The notes: generated by a model from the sequence alone, not told the origin. A stretch of DNA of 64,000 nucleotides from Tagaea sp. (GCA_965279525.1 CBDIIB010000003.1:32001-96000), one strand, 5' to 3'; shown: positions 54,229 through 63,619, counted from the stretch's first letter. Numbers and translations: made by a program.

Positions 54229-54319
54229 CCCCTCACCCTAGCCCTCTCCCCGGAGGGGAGAGGGGACAGCGCCGGTCGAGTCCCCTCTCCCGCGCGCGGG
54301 AGAGGGCTAGGGTGAGGGG
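54229..54319. repeat. BoxC/REP-like palindromic element (two inverted copies), likely also a terminator
   Basis: CCCCTCACCCTAGCCCTCTCCC...GGGAGAGGGCTAGGGTGAGGGG, 22-bp terminal inverted repeat with internal hairpins. Confidence 0.8.
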
Positions 54320-54328
54320 ATGCGAAGG

Positions 54329-54357
54329 TTGCAATTCTTCGCGAACTGCTATAGGAT
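54329..54357 (+). promoter_or_regulatory. Sigma70-like promoter
   Basis: TTGCAA-N17-TAGGAT in an AT-rich patch. Confidence 0.45.
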
Positions 54358-54525
54358 ATAAAGACTAGTAAAAAGGAAACTTTACAGCATACATGAGACG
54401 CGAAAATGAAACCGTCACCTGTCAACTTACCAGCGAAAAGCCGAAGACCATCAAAGACATGGTCGAGGAGACGGTCCAAGCGACGGTCAAGCGACCGTCA
54501 ACTGCCGTCAGCTAACTTTTGCGGT

Positions 54526-54771
54526 TCAGCGCTGCGGGCAGTCGGCGCGTTCGCACGGTGCGCTGCGGGCGGCCACGTAGGCGCGGCACACGCGGCACGG
54601 CGCCATCGTCTCGGCTTCTTCCTTCAGCGCCGCCTTGACCACGCCGCCCTGGCGCATGCGCTCGGCGGCGATTTCCTGTTCCTTCTCGCGGATGCGGAAA
54701 TAGCGCCAGCCGAACCACACGACGGCAAGCACGAGAACCAGCAGGAACAGTTTTCCGAACGAAAGGCCCAT
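54526..54771 (-). CDS. Small membrane-anchored protein with C-terminal Cys cluster
   Basis: N-terminal TM segment (GKLFLLVLVLAVVWFGW), C-terminal CRVC..CERADC. Confidence 0.7.
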   Translation of the reverse strand: MGLSFGKLFLLVLVLAVVWFGWRYFRIREKEQEIAAERMRQGGVVKAALKEEAETMAPCRVCRAYVAARSAPCERADCPQR

Positions 54772-54774
54772 GGC

Positions 54775-55608
54775 TCAGAGACCGTAGCGCGCCCAGAGGG
54801 CCCGCGTCTCGAGCGAGTCCACCATCTCTTCAGGCCAGCCCGCGTCGGCGGCCGAGAGCCCGAGCAGGCTGCGCAGCGAGCGGCCCTGCACGGGCACGCC
54901 GCGAAAGCGCACCTTCTCGCCGAAGCGCCGGCGCAGGTCGCTGCGTGCGTCGCCAAGCGCGTCGACCAGGCCCAAGGCTTTCGCCTTCGTGCCGGTCCAG
55001 AACTCGCCGGTAAACAGCATTTCCCGATCGGCGGCGAGGCGCGCGCCACGCCGGGCGCTGACCCAGTCGCGGAAATTGGCGTGGATCTCGTCCTGCAATG
55101 CGCGCAGGCGGGCCACGTCCTCTTCCTTTTCGGGGCCGAACGGGTCGAGCATCGACTTGCGCGATCCGGCCGTGTAGAGGCGCCGCTGCACGCCCAGCCG
55201 GCGCATCAGGTCCTCGAAGCCGAAGCTTGCCGCGATCACGCCGATCGAGCCGACGATGGAGTTGGCGTCCGCCACGATCTCGTCGGCGGCACAGGCCAGC
55301 CAGTAGCCGCCCGACGCCGCGACGTCCTCGACATAGGCGTAGACCGGCAGCTTCTTTTCTTCGGCCAACGCGCGGATGCGCGCCCCGATCAGCGCCGACT
55401 GTGCGGGCGAGCCGCCGGGCGAATTGATGACGAGGGCCACGGCCGAAATGCCGGTCATCGAGAAGGCGCGCTCGAGCGGAAGGGCGAGGCGTTCGATCGA
55501 CAGGCCACGCCTTCCGCCGGTGCCGATGGGCCCTTGCAGGCGCAGGACGGCCACGCTCGGCGTGGGCGTGCGGCCGACCAGTTTTTCGAGGGAAGCGCGA
55601 AGATCCAT
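54775..55608 (-). CDS. S49 family peptidase (SppA/SohB-like)
   Basis: INSPGGSP, AASGGYW, VGSIGV, KSMLDPF, GLVDALG. Confidence 0.9.
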   Translation of the reverse strand: MDLRASLEKLVGRTPTPSVAVLRLQGPIGTGGRRGLSIERLALPLERAFSMTGISAVALVINSPGGSPAQSALIGARIRALAEEKKLPVYAYVEDVAASGGYWLACAADEIVADANSIVGSIGVIAASFGFEDLMRRLGVQRRLYTAGSRKSMLDPFGPEKEEDVARLRALQDEIHANFRDWVSARRGARLAADREMLFTGEFWTGTKAKALGLVDALGDARSDLRRRFGEKVRFRGVPVQGRSLRSLLGLSAADAGWPEEMVDSLETRALWARYGL

Positions 55609-55617
55609 CAGCGCGGT

Positions 55618-56346
55618 CTATACCAGTGCGAGCGCCCGGCCGTCGCGCAAAATCGCGTCGGCGGCTTGCGTATAACTACGCTCGCCTTCGTGCAGTACGA
55701 GACCGGCGGCAAGCGTCATCGGCGTGCGCACGCCCTTGCGCGCGCGCACGATCACGCGCTTGGCGGCCACGCCGGCGCGCGGCCACAGCGGGAAGACCAC
55801 GATGTCGCCGGCCTCGCTGCCGAATGCCGCGAGCAGGTCGGCCAGCCGGTCGGCGCGCTGGACGAACACGCATGTGCCGCGCGGCTTCAGCGCCTTCAAT
55901 GCCGCCGCGACCCAGCCCGCCAGCGGCAACGTGCCCTCGACGTCGGCACGCCGCTTGGTCGCATCGGGCGAGGGATCGGCGCGCGCGGCCTCCAGATAGG
56001 GCGGGTTGGCGAGGACGAGATCGAAGCCGGATTGCCCGAACGTCGCCACGTCGCCGGTCCAGGCCGCGAAGCGGCCGGCCCAGCCGTTGGCGGCGGCGTT
56101 GGCGGACGCGAGCGCGGCAAGTTCCGCGTCGATCTCGATGCCGGTCACGTGCACGGCGGGGACGCGCGCCATCAACGCAAGGCTCGCGGCACCGGCACCG
56201 CAGCCGAGGTCGAGTGCCGTGCGCGCATCGTCGCCGCACGCGGCCGCGAGCAGGACGGGATCGATCGCCGCGCGGTAGCCGGTCGCGGGCTGGCGCAGGG
56301 TCACGCGCCCGCCCAGCAGCGTGTCGTCGGTCGTGGCGAGGCTCAT
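55618..56346 (-). CDS. SAM-dependent methyltransferase (tRNA1(Val) A37 N6-methylase/YfiC-like)
   Basis: QPATGYRAAIDPVLL, DLGCGAG, ANPPY, KRVIVRARKG. Confidence 0.82.
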   Translation of the reverse strand: MSLATTDDTLLGGRVTLRQPATGYRAAIDPVLLAAACGDDARTALDLGCGAGAASLALMARVPAVHVTGIEIDAELAALASANAAANGWAGRFAAWTGDVATFGQSGFDLVLANPPYLEAARADPSPDATKRRADVEGTLPLAGWVAAALKALKPRGTCVFVQRADRLADLLAAFGSEAGDIVVFPLWPRAGVAAKRVIVRARKGVRTPMTLAAGLVLHEGERSYTQAADAILRDGRALALV

Positions 56347-56558
56347 TCCGGCACGCCGTCGCGTGCTCCGTCCACGAGGGCCTTGGCCGCGGCCTCGTCC
56401 GCGTCGTCGACCACGACCCGGCGCGGGATCGCCAGGATCGAGCCTTCGACCGATGCGGTGTGCGCGTCGAGCACGCCAAAGCCGATGCCCGCGTCGGTCA
56501 GCAGCGCTTCGACGAACGAGAGCAGCACGGCATCGTTGGTGCGCAGGATTTCCCGCAT
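56343..56558 (-). CDS. DUF2007 family protein
   Basis: MREILRTNDAVLLSFVEALL, D..SVEGS..IPRRV; conserved position next to ispB. Confidence 0.82.
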   Translation of the reverse strand: MREILRTNDAVLLSFVEALLTDAGIGFGVLDAHTASVEGSILAIPRRVVVDDADEAAAKALVDGARDGVPE

Positions 56559-56693
56559 CGCTTCTGGCGTCTCCGGACCCGTTGCGGCGCTTGATTCCTG
56601 CCGCTCGCGGACTATGCTCCGTCGGGCGCCCGTGCCGGTCAAGCCGGAGATCGGCGGGCAATCGGAAATCGCGTGCGCGAAAGGGGGCGGGCC

Positions 56694-57725
56694 GTGGCAG
56701 TCGTCGTGAATCTCGAAGGCGAACGCGGGCGCAGCCGGCAACCGGCCAAGAACGCGCTGCAGGCCCTCGTCGCCCTCGTTGGCGACGACGTGAAGGCGGT
56801 CAACGACACGATCGTCCAGCGCATGCATTCGTCGGTCGACCTCATCCCGCAGCTCGCCAGCCACATCGTGGCGGCCGGCGGCAAGCGCATGCGCCCGATG
56901 CTCACGCTCGCCGCCGCGCGCATGTGCGGCTATCGCGGGGCGCGCCACATCAAGCTCGCCGCGTGCGTCGAGTTCATCCACACGGCCACGCTCCTGCACG
57001 ACGACGTCGTCGACGAGAGCGACCTGCGCCGCGGGCGTGCCACCGCCAACGCCGTGTGGGGCAACAAGGCGAGCGTGCTGGTCGGCGACTTCCTGTTCAG
57101 CCGCGCCTTCCAGGTGATGGTCGAGGACGGCTCGCTTGCCGTGCTCGCGATCCTGTCGGGCGCTTCGGCCGTGATCGCGGAAGGCGAGGTGCTGCAGCTC
57201 ACCACCGCCAACGACACCGAAACTTCCGAGCAGGCCTATCTCGAGGTGATCCGCGCCAAGACCGCCGCCCTGTTCGCCGCCGCCTGCCGCGTCGGCGCCG
57301 CCGTCGCCGAACGGCCCAAGGCCGAGGAGGACGCGCTCGAGACCTACGGCCTCAATCTGGGCATCGCGTTCCAGCTCGTCGACGACGTGCTCGACTATGC
57401 CGCCACGGCCGCCGAGATGGGCAAGAACGTCGGCGACGATTTCCGCGACGGCAAGATCACGCTGCCCATCGTGCTGTCGTTCCTGCGCGGCGACGAGACC
57501 GAGCGGACCTTCTGGCGGCGCACGCTCGAGGAGCTCGACCAGAAGGACGAGGACCTGCCGCACGCCATCGAGCTGATGCGAAAGCACAAGGCGCTCGACG
57601 ACACGATCGAGCGCGCCCGCCACTATGGGCGCATCGCGCGCGACGCGCTGGGCATCTTCCCCGACGGGCCGGAAAAGCGGGCCCTGGTCGATCTCGTCGA
57701 TTTCGCGATCGAACGCGCCTACTAG
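56694..57725 (+). CDS. ispB: Long-chain polyprenyl diphosphate synthase
   Basis: GGKRMRP, LLHDDVVD..RRG, FQLVDDVLD, GKNVGDD; promoter-like TTGATT-N16-TATGCT at 56591-56618. Confidence 0.9.
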   Translation: MAVVVNLEGERGRSRQPAKNALQALVALVGDDVKAVNDTIVQRMHSSVDLIPQLASHIVAAGGKRMRPMLTLAAARMCGYRGARHIKLAACVEFIHTATLLHDDVVDESDLRRGRATANAVWGNKASVLVGDFLFSRAFQVMVEDGSLAVLAILSGASAVIAEGEVLQLTTANDTETSEQAYLEVIRAKTAALFAAACRVGAAVAERPKAEEDALETYGLNLGIAFQLVDDVLDYAATAAEMGKNVGDDFRDGKITLPIVLSFLRGDETERTFWRRTLEELDQKDEDLPHAIELMRKHKALDDTIERARHYGRIARDALGIFPDGPEKRALVDLVDFAIERAY

Positions 57726-57755
57726 GCCCCTCCCGGGACCCGCCCGGCAGCCCCC

Positions 57756-57784
57756 TTGCGGTCCCCGGAAAGGAAGGCTATACC
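57756..57784 (+). promoter_or_regulatory. tRNA promoter
   Basis: TTGCGG-N17-TATACC upstream of the tRNA. Confidence 0.5.
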
Positions 57785-57800
57785 GACGGCCCCGATCGGT

Positions 57801-57877
57801 CGGAGCGTAGCTCAGCCTGGTAGAGCACTAGCTTCGGGAGCTAGGGGCCGGAGGTTCGAATCCTCTCGCTCCGACCA
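57801..57877 (+). tRNA. tRNA-Pro(CGG)
   Basis: CGGAGCG acceptor stem, D-loop TGG, anticodon arm CTAGC-TTCGGGA-GCTAG, GTTCGAATC T-loop, encoded CCA. Confidence 0.96.
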
Positions 57878-57890
57878 TCCTATCAGCATC

Positions 57891-59186
57891 TTAGACACCC
57901 TTTGGCAGTGGCGTTTCGGCCTCACTGCCATCCACTGCCACGGTTTTGGCAGTAACTGGCAGCGGCTCGACCGGCAGATTGATCGTCGTCCTGCGCAGCC
58001 GAGCCTCGTCAGGCCTTGAGTAGTGCTTCCGTGTCACCGTCGATCCCGGCGCATGCCCAAGCTTGGCCTGCGCGTCGATCTCCGACATCGTCGGGTCGCT
58101 CATCAGCCACGTCGCCACGGCCTTGCGGAAGCGCTGCGGCGAAACCCGCCGCTGGTTTCCTTCGGCGTCGACCAGCCCCGCCCTTTTCGCCGCACGGGCA
58201 AATAGACGCTGCGTGTTCGCCAGCGGCTTGTCCCCGCTGCGCCCGACGAAAACGAAGTCGTCGGGCTTCACCGTTCCCTGTGTCGTTCGGTAGGCCAGTT
58301 CCGCCGCAAACTGCTTTGCGAGCGGTTCAGGTATACCGACCGTACGAAGGGAATAGGCCGACTTCCCCTGGAACTTCGCCTTGCGGACCCGGCGCACCGT
58401 CACCGTGCCCTTCTGGAGATCGATCTGGCTCCAGGTGAGGGACAGGGCTTCGCTGCGACGAAGACCGGTCTCGCCCCACAGCCAGAAGAGGGGCCGATAT
58501 TTCGGCTCCGCAGCCTGGATGAGCTTGACCACTTCCGATTGCGTGAAACGCTCCTCGACGTCACCATCGACCGTGAGGCCGGTGAGTTTCGGCGCGTGGT
58601 ACCACGGCCGATGCTTTACAGTGGCGTAATAAAGGAGCTTACGCATGATCGAGGTTTCGCCTTGAGCCGTGGCTGGGGCCATACCGTCAGTCCCCAGACG
58701 TTTGACGAGGTACTTGCCCCAGAGGTCGTCGTCGACCGCGGTGATCAACGTGATCCCGAAGTACGTGCGAACGGGAGCCAGCCTATATAAGTCGGTACAG
58801 TGACTGGCCTGACGCTTCTGCCCAAGGGCTACCTTTTGCGAAGAGTGCGCGATCCAATCGCGCACCAACGTCTCGATCGTCGGGATCTGGACGTTGGGCA
58901 TGGCCGGGACGGGATACCCGGCCGAGAAGACCGGCAACAGTCCGGGAACCTGCGGCATGCCGTAGGGCTGCTGAAGGTACATGGGCTGCGGCGACCTTCC
59001 TGGATCACGTGTCCGTTGGGTGACGTGTTGTTCTGCCTGCGCGAGCGAAACGAAAAACAGGCGCTCGCGTTTCGTGCCGGCGATGTGTGCCGGTATGTCG
59101 GCAATCCATTTCCCGGTCTGAGATCCTTTGATGATCTCTGGCCGGATCCGGACGCCGTTTAGAGTTCGGGCTTTGAGTTGTTTCAT
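57891..59186 (-). CDS. Tyrosine recombinase/integrase
   Basis: TGLRRSEALSLTWSQID, PQRFRKAVATW, LGH, TRKHY. Confidence 0.88.
   Translation of the reverse strand: MKQLKARTLNGVRIRPEIIKGSQTGKWIADIPAHIAGTKRERLFFVSLAQAEQHVTQRTRDPGRSPQPMYLQQPYGMPQVPGLLPVFSAGYPVPAMPNVQIPTIETLVRDWIAHSSQKVALGQKRQASHCTDLYRLAPVRTYFGITLITAVDDDLWGKYLVKRLGTDGMAPATAQGETSIMRKLLYYATVKHRPWYHAPKLTGLTVDGDVEERFTQSEVVKLIQAAEPKYRPLFWLWGETGLRRSEALSLTWSQIDLQKGTVTVRRVRKAKFQGKSAYSLRTVGIPEPLAKQFAAELAYRTTQGTVKPDDFVFVGRSGDKPLANTQRLFARAAKRAGLVDAEGNQRRVSPQRFRKAVATWLMSDPTMSEIDAQAKLGHAPGSTVTRKHYSRPDEARLRRTTINLPVEPLPVTAKTVAVDGSEAETPLPKGV
57903..57963. repeat. Cluster of five TGGCAG(T) repeats, putative integrase arm-type sites
   Basis: TGGCAGT at 57903 (+), ACTGCCA at 57924 and 57934 (-), TGGCAGT at 57947 (+), TGGCAGC at 57957 (+). 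Confidence 0.7.
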
Positions 59187-59593
59187 GACGCTTTTCCTTT
59201 GTGGGAATCGCGCCCCCGACCTCCGTCCAGAACGGAGTCTGGACGACGGCGGCGGGGCGAGGCAAGCAGGTTTTCGGGGCGAGGTTGTACGCGGCAGTAG
59301 GTGACCATGTACTGAAGGATTTCGTGCGGGAGATACGTGACTTCCTTCCCGGTTTTGTAGCGGGGGAGTTGCTGGACGGGGATCCGACGAAGCGTGTCGA
59401 CTTTGCACTTCAGGCGGGATGCTGCTTCCGCGCTATCGATCGGCCATTCGCGACGCGCCAGTTCGAGATTCGCAGCCGCGAGTTCCGAGATCGCGACCGC
59501 GAGATGGCGCACCATATCCGCCATGCTCGCTTGCGCGACGCTTTCGGGGGCGTCAGTCGGCCGAATCGCGTGAAGTCGATGCTTTGGTTCCAT
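59183..59593 (-). CDS. Excisionase-like HTH DNA-binding protein
   Basis: IDSAEAASRLKCKVDTLRR..LPRYKTGKEVTY resembles MerR/HTH_17 RDFs; ATGA overlap with the integrase start. Confidence 0.6.
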   Translation of the reverse strand: MEPKHRLHAIRPTDAPESVAQASMADMVRHLAVAISELAAANLELARREWPIDSAEAASRLKCKVDTLRRIPVQQLPRYKTGKEVTYLPHEILQYMVTYCRVQPRPENLLASPRRRRPDSVLDGGRGRDSHKGKAS

Positions 59594-59649
59594 GGCGGAA
59601 TCTGCCCTGTCTTTGTCTATTCCCGGTCCTTACTGAAGGCCGCCTCCAG

Positions 59650-60132
59650 TTACGAAGCAGTTCCGTCATCCTTGGGCTTCGTATCCCTCCGCTTCTTTGC
59701 GCCAGTCTGCGGGGAATCCACGGACGAATTTCCCTCGCCGCCAGTGGTCGCCTGGGGCGGGGTTTCTGCAATAATCCGATCGATGAGTTCCGGAAATCCG
59801 GCGAGCACCCGTTCGACCTGCTCTTTCGTCAGGTTCTTCGCGCGAAGCTTGTCGAAGTGATCCGTCGCCGCCTCAATTGTCACGCCAGCCTTGGTGACGG
59901 TGTTCAGCAACACGCCGGTCGGGAGGTTCGTCGAAAGTTTCGTGAGTGCGGTGGAAACCGCAGCGATGAGCTTTGGCTTTCGACTGCCGAGGTCATCGAT
60001 CACTTTCTTGGTCTGGCGACCGAGACGGTACACCCGGGCCAGGTCGGGATCCGTTGGCGCAGGCTTGTCGAGCGATAGTCCGCATTGGGCAAGCTGGTCG
60101 GCGAGGAACTTGAGATCGCGAGATACATCCAT
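59650..60132 (-). CDS. Hypothetical protein (island)
   Basis: GGAGG RBS, then MDVSRDLKFLADQL...; divergent from the relaxase. Confidence 0.6.
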   Translation of the reverse strand: MDVSRDLKFLADQLAQCGLSLDKPAPTDPDLARVYRLGRQTKKVIDDLGSRKPKLIAAVSTALTKLSTNLPTGVLLNTVTKAGVTIEAATDHFDKLRAKNLTKEQVERVLAGFPELIDRIIAETPPQATTGGEGNSSVDSPQTGAKKRRDTKPKDDGTAS

Positions 60133-60642
60133 GTTGAGACCTCCGTCGGCGGCTCGGCAGGGCGGGATGCCCGGCCGGTGACGAAAAGCCTCCCCTGACC
60201 GTCTTAAGAACGCTGGACTCCACTTCAAAAAGGGGCCTCTGATTTCGGGGTTATTTCATTGATATGGATTAGAAATCGGGAAGCTACGGAATTCGAATTC
60301 CGCTCGCTTGACTCGCGAGGAATCGGATTGACGACTCGGAGATGGCGCGCCCGGCGGCGGCTGCCGGCATGTTGGCCGGCCGGGTGCGCGCGCTGTTTCT
60401 TAAGATGCCGGCGCTAGAATGCGGCGCGACTTCCAGACGCGATTCCGCCACTCGATGCTCGCTCGACGAGCTGCCCTCGCTGGTGGACGTCTTAGTGTCG
60501 CGGCGTTTCTTAAAACCGCGGGGGTAACCTGCGCGATCAGGTCCTGGTGGCGCATCCGCAAGTCGGCGCCGCAAGCGTCCTGTCGCTTGCCGGTAGATAG
60601 GTCGAGCGCAATACCACTTTTCGCATCGACGAGGTCAGAAGC

Positions 60643-62886
60643 ATGGCGGGCAAGCACTGGAGCGTCTGGGATGAGTTAGATCCGCCCGGGCGGCTTGACG
60701 AAGGGCGAGACGAGCTATTCTTGGCGATCTGCGGTAGCAGTCCTCGCCAACATGAATGCTTGCTGTATCGACTGCCGAAATCGGCTCCGAAAAGCCATGG
60801 CAAGCCCATCGAGGTGGCCCCTGAGCGTCCAAAGGTTCGCGTCTACCTTGCGGGGTCGTATATCCGGAAGCCGCGGACGTTCAATCGGCCTGCATCGGCA
60901 AGGTCGGGGGAGACCGTAGTGCTCTGGCCTCGCCGCGGGGAGGGAAAGGAGATACGAGAACAGGGGGCTTGGTACGACCGGCGGAATCGGGTCTGGTTGA
61001 TAGAACGCGGCAAGATGACAGAGCGTCTTCGGGCTATCTCAGGCCCGGCTGCCGAGGCCGAGGCAATGCGGATCGCCAATCGCTTTGCAGCTCGTCCAGG
61101 GGCCGCAAAGCGCCACCAGCGATACATTGATGATGAAGTCGGCCCAGATGCCCGCCGAAAGAGCCGGGTAGAGGAGGTCAATGGCATCCCGTCCCGTGTG
61201 GGAAGTCTCGGCGCAGATCCGCGCGAACGGGCACTCGCATGGAACAAAATTGAATCGAATTTGCCTCATCAAAACGCTCGAATTCAGTATCGGGTCATAC
61301 TGCCGCTTCCCGAAATTTTCACGCCGGCAGAGCGGCGGCGAGCGGTGCTCGAGATTGGTGCTGCGGCTTTCGATCGGTATGGGATTCCATGGTCTGCCGC
61401 TGTGCATAGTCCCGATAAAAGATCACTGGGCATCGAGAGGAATTTTCATGTTCACTTTGATCACGGAAATGCGAGTGAGCAGGCCATCCGGGAAGCTCAA
61501 ATTTGGGATTCCCGCGCGAAAAAATTCCGAAAGTATCGACTCTATCTAGACGTGGAGTGGTTCCCAAACCTGCGTTCGATAGCAACCACGATTTTCAATC
61601 GAATTCTTGCAGAGCGCCAGCGTGGGCCGAGGGATTTCGAGTTGCCAGAATTTACCGCTGAGAAGCAGGCGTTCGATGCCGGTGATCGGCCTGTGCAACG
61701 CCATCGCGGACAAGCCGCTAGCAAGCGTGAAGCAGTTGGGCTGCTGACCTTAGGGCAGAGACGGAGAATCATCGATGATCCGGATCCAATTGCATGGATC
61801 GATCACGGCCTCATGCTTGAGGCGGTAGATCGGATAATTTCACTTTTGCCGCATCTCGTGAGCCGTCCTCGTCCGGATGACGATGTCGCAAAGACATTGG
61901 AGATACTGCGGAGATGGGGGCTTGATCTGGCCGAGAGTATTCTCGAGGAGCTTCATCAGCTCGATGAAGTAGCAACCTACATCCTATTGCCGATCCGAAC
62001 GGAAAAGAGCGAACTGATGGAATCCTTCGAGAAACTCCGATCCCAGGTTTTGACGTCAGTAATCAGTACAAATGCGATGGAATTTCCGGATCAGATCCGA
62101 AATCTCACTGACGGCAATATCTTTTCTCGAACACTAAAAGGTCATCTTGCGACGGAGCATGAGCGGATCGTCTCCGACATCGAAAATTTTGAAGGCGCCA
62201 AGCTTGAAGTGGTCGACAGAAGGCGCATGCAGTTGAGGGGGATGTATCGACTTATGGCTCTTGCAACTCGCGAGAAAACCGACGCGCTTGAGCGTCTCTG
62301 GCGGACATTTGCCGGCTTCAGAGATGCCCCGATCGGGATGAAGTACGAGTATGACAAAAGCCCGAAGTCGCTTGGCAGAGCTGCCGTTGTCGAGTTGGCC
62401 AAGAGTGGGCTAGGCGCGACAATTCCAGACGCAACTGGGAGATTCTTTGTGCAAGATGGCCGACAGGCTCGTGCATATCGCCCGATTGGCGGCTCAATAA
62501 CCCTCCTCGAATCTGCGTCATCGGCTCACTCGCCAAATCCTTGGCATAATGGCGATCGCAATCAGATCTACAACGATGTCCAGAAGATTTGGAAGAGTGG
62601 TGTAAATCGGATTCTAGATCGGTACGATGTTCGCCAACGTACTTCACAGCGGGCGAACGCGCGCGAAGATGCGCCCCTACGGAGCGCGCAAACCGCCACG
62701 GAGCAGCAGCATCGTATCTTGGACAGTGCCGCGCATGGCGCGACAGATGCGAAGTCGAACTCTTCCAGCCAAGGCTCTGTTGGCGGTGGTTCGGCCGCAC
62801 TGTCGGCAAGCAACCATCTGTCTTCGGCAAAGGAGGTCGTGCTGCGGCTTCGGCAAGCTAAACAGAGGCCCGAGCAAGGACACTGA
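60643..62886 (+). CDS. MobA/MobL (MOBQ) family relaxase-like protein with N- and C-terminal extensions
   Basis: HQRYID (candidate catalytic Tyr), YRVILPLPE..AERR, AAVH..NFHVH (HUH), PVQRHRG..E..GLLT. Confidence 0.7.
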   Translation: MAGKHWSVWDELDPPGRLDEGRDELFLAICGSSPRQHECLLYRLPKSAPKSHGKPIEVAPERPKVRVYLAGSYIRKPRTFNRPASARSGETVVLWPRRGEGKEIREQGAWYDRRNRVWLIERGKMTERLRAISGPAAEAEAMRIANRFAARPGAAKRHQRYIDDEVGPDARRKSRVEEVNGIPSRVGSLGADPRERALAWNKIESNLPHQNARIQYRVILPLPEIFTPAERRRAVLEIGAAAFDRYGIPWSAAVHSPDKRSLGIERNFHVHFDHGNASEQAIREAQIWDSRAKKFRKYRLYLDVEWFPNLRSIATTIFNRILAERQRGPRDFELPEFTAEKQAFDAGDRPVQRHRGQAASKREAVGLLTLGQRRRIIDDPDPIAWIDHGLMLEAVDRIISLLPHLVSRPRPDDDVAKTLEILRRWGLDLAESILEELHQLDEVATYILLPIRTEKSELMESFEKLRSQVLTSVISTNAMEFPDQIRNLTDGNIFSRTLKGHLATEHERIVSDIENFEGAKLEVVDRRRMQLRGMYRLMALATREKTDALERLWRTFAGFRDAPIGMKYEYDKSPKSLGRAAVVELAKSGLGATIPDATGRFFVQDGRQARAYRPIGGSITLLESASSAHSPNPWHNGDRNQIYNDVQKIWKSGVNRILDRYDVRQRTSQRANAREDAPLRSAQTATEQQHRILDSAAHGATDAKSNSSSQGSVGGGSAALSASNHLSSAKEVVLRLRQAKQRPEQGH

Positions 62887-63619
62887 TTGCCGAAATGCAG
62901 GGAGTGTGGCTGGAGAGGCGTAGCCAGCCCTACAAGTAAAACTCGGTTTGAATACTCGCGCATCGCTGACGAAGTCGGCCAATTTGCTAGAGTCGAAGCT
63001 GGCCTCAAGCACAGGCCGGTGTGTCCACCCAATCAGGCCGATGTCCGAGGTGGCACACTCGAGGCCAAAATCAGAGCAAGCGGCTATTGGAAATTCGCAA
63101 GTTGATCGGAAGGAGAGGTCGACCGCTGAGGTAGTGAGGGCCAGGCAGGTGCAAAAGCAAGGGCCGGGGCGGGCCACTGCGGAAAAATCCACCCAAGTGC
63201 GATCCGATCTTCAGGGCTCCGAGCAGAACTCATACTCGCAAAGGAACGGACGGGTATATTCACCAAACTGATTTATCAAATCACCATTATCAAGAAAGTT
63301 TACACGGCGCCGGATTGCTCCTAACGTCCGCGCCACTCGCATAGACCACGCACGAAAACGACACGAAGACCCAACCGAGGTCTCGCCGGAGGAAACATCG
63401 AGGTGCGCCACGATTGGGCGCTCAAGCCGTAGCGAAGAGTAAACCGATACAGAGGCACCCAGAGTAGGGGCCTTGTGTGACGTTCACCGCCGCCCCGTCC
63501 CCCTGACAGCGCCCTGACATGCCCCCCATTTCCGATACGCACGCTGAAACAAGAAGCGACTCTGCGCCTGTCCTTGGCCGCATTGCGGGTGAGCGCCTTG
63601 GCGCGTCTGCGGGGCAGGC

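Noticed and set aside
54144-54479. 111-aa minus-strand ORF
   Set aside because: Runs through the BoxC-like repeat and overlaps GH130; atypical composition.
60284-60679. Short ORFs in the island intergenic region, one sharing KKRRDTK with the 59650 ORF
   Set aside because: No RBS or family support; the match is only 7 aa with divergent flanks, so probably chance, though a decayed mob accessory gene cannot be excluded.
63501-63520. CCCTGACA direct repeat with 11-bp period as a Pho box
   Set aside because: Spacer is GC-rich and orientation is opposite to the downstream gene; too weak to call.
62887-63619. attR copy or genes after the relaxase
   Set aside because: No tRNA-Pro 3' duplicate or TGGCAG cluster found by eye; ORFs are short and unconvincing.
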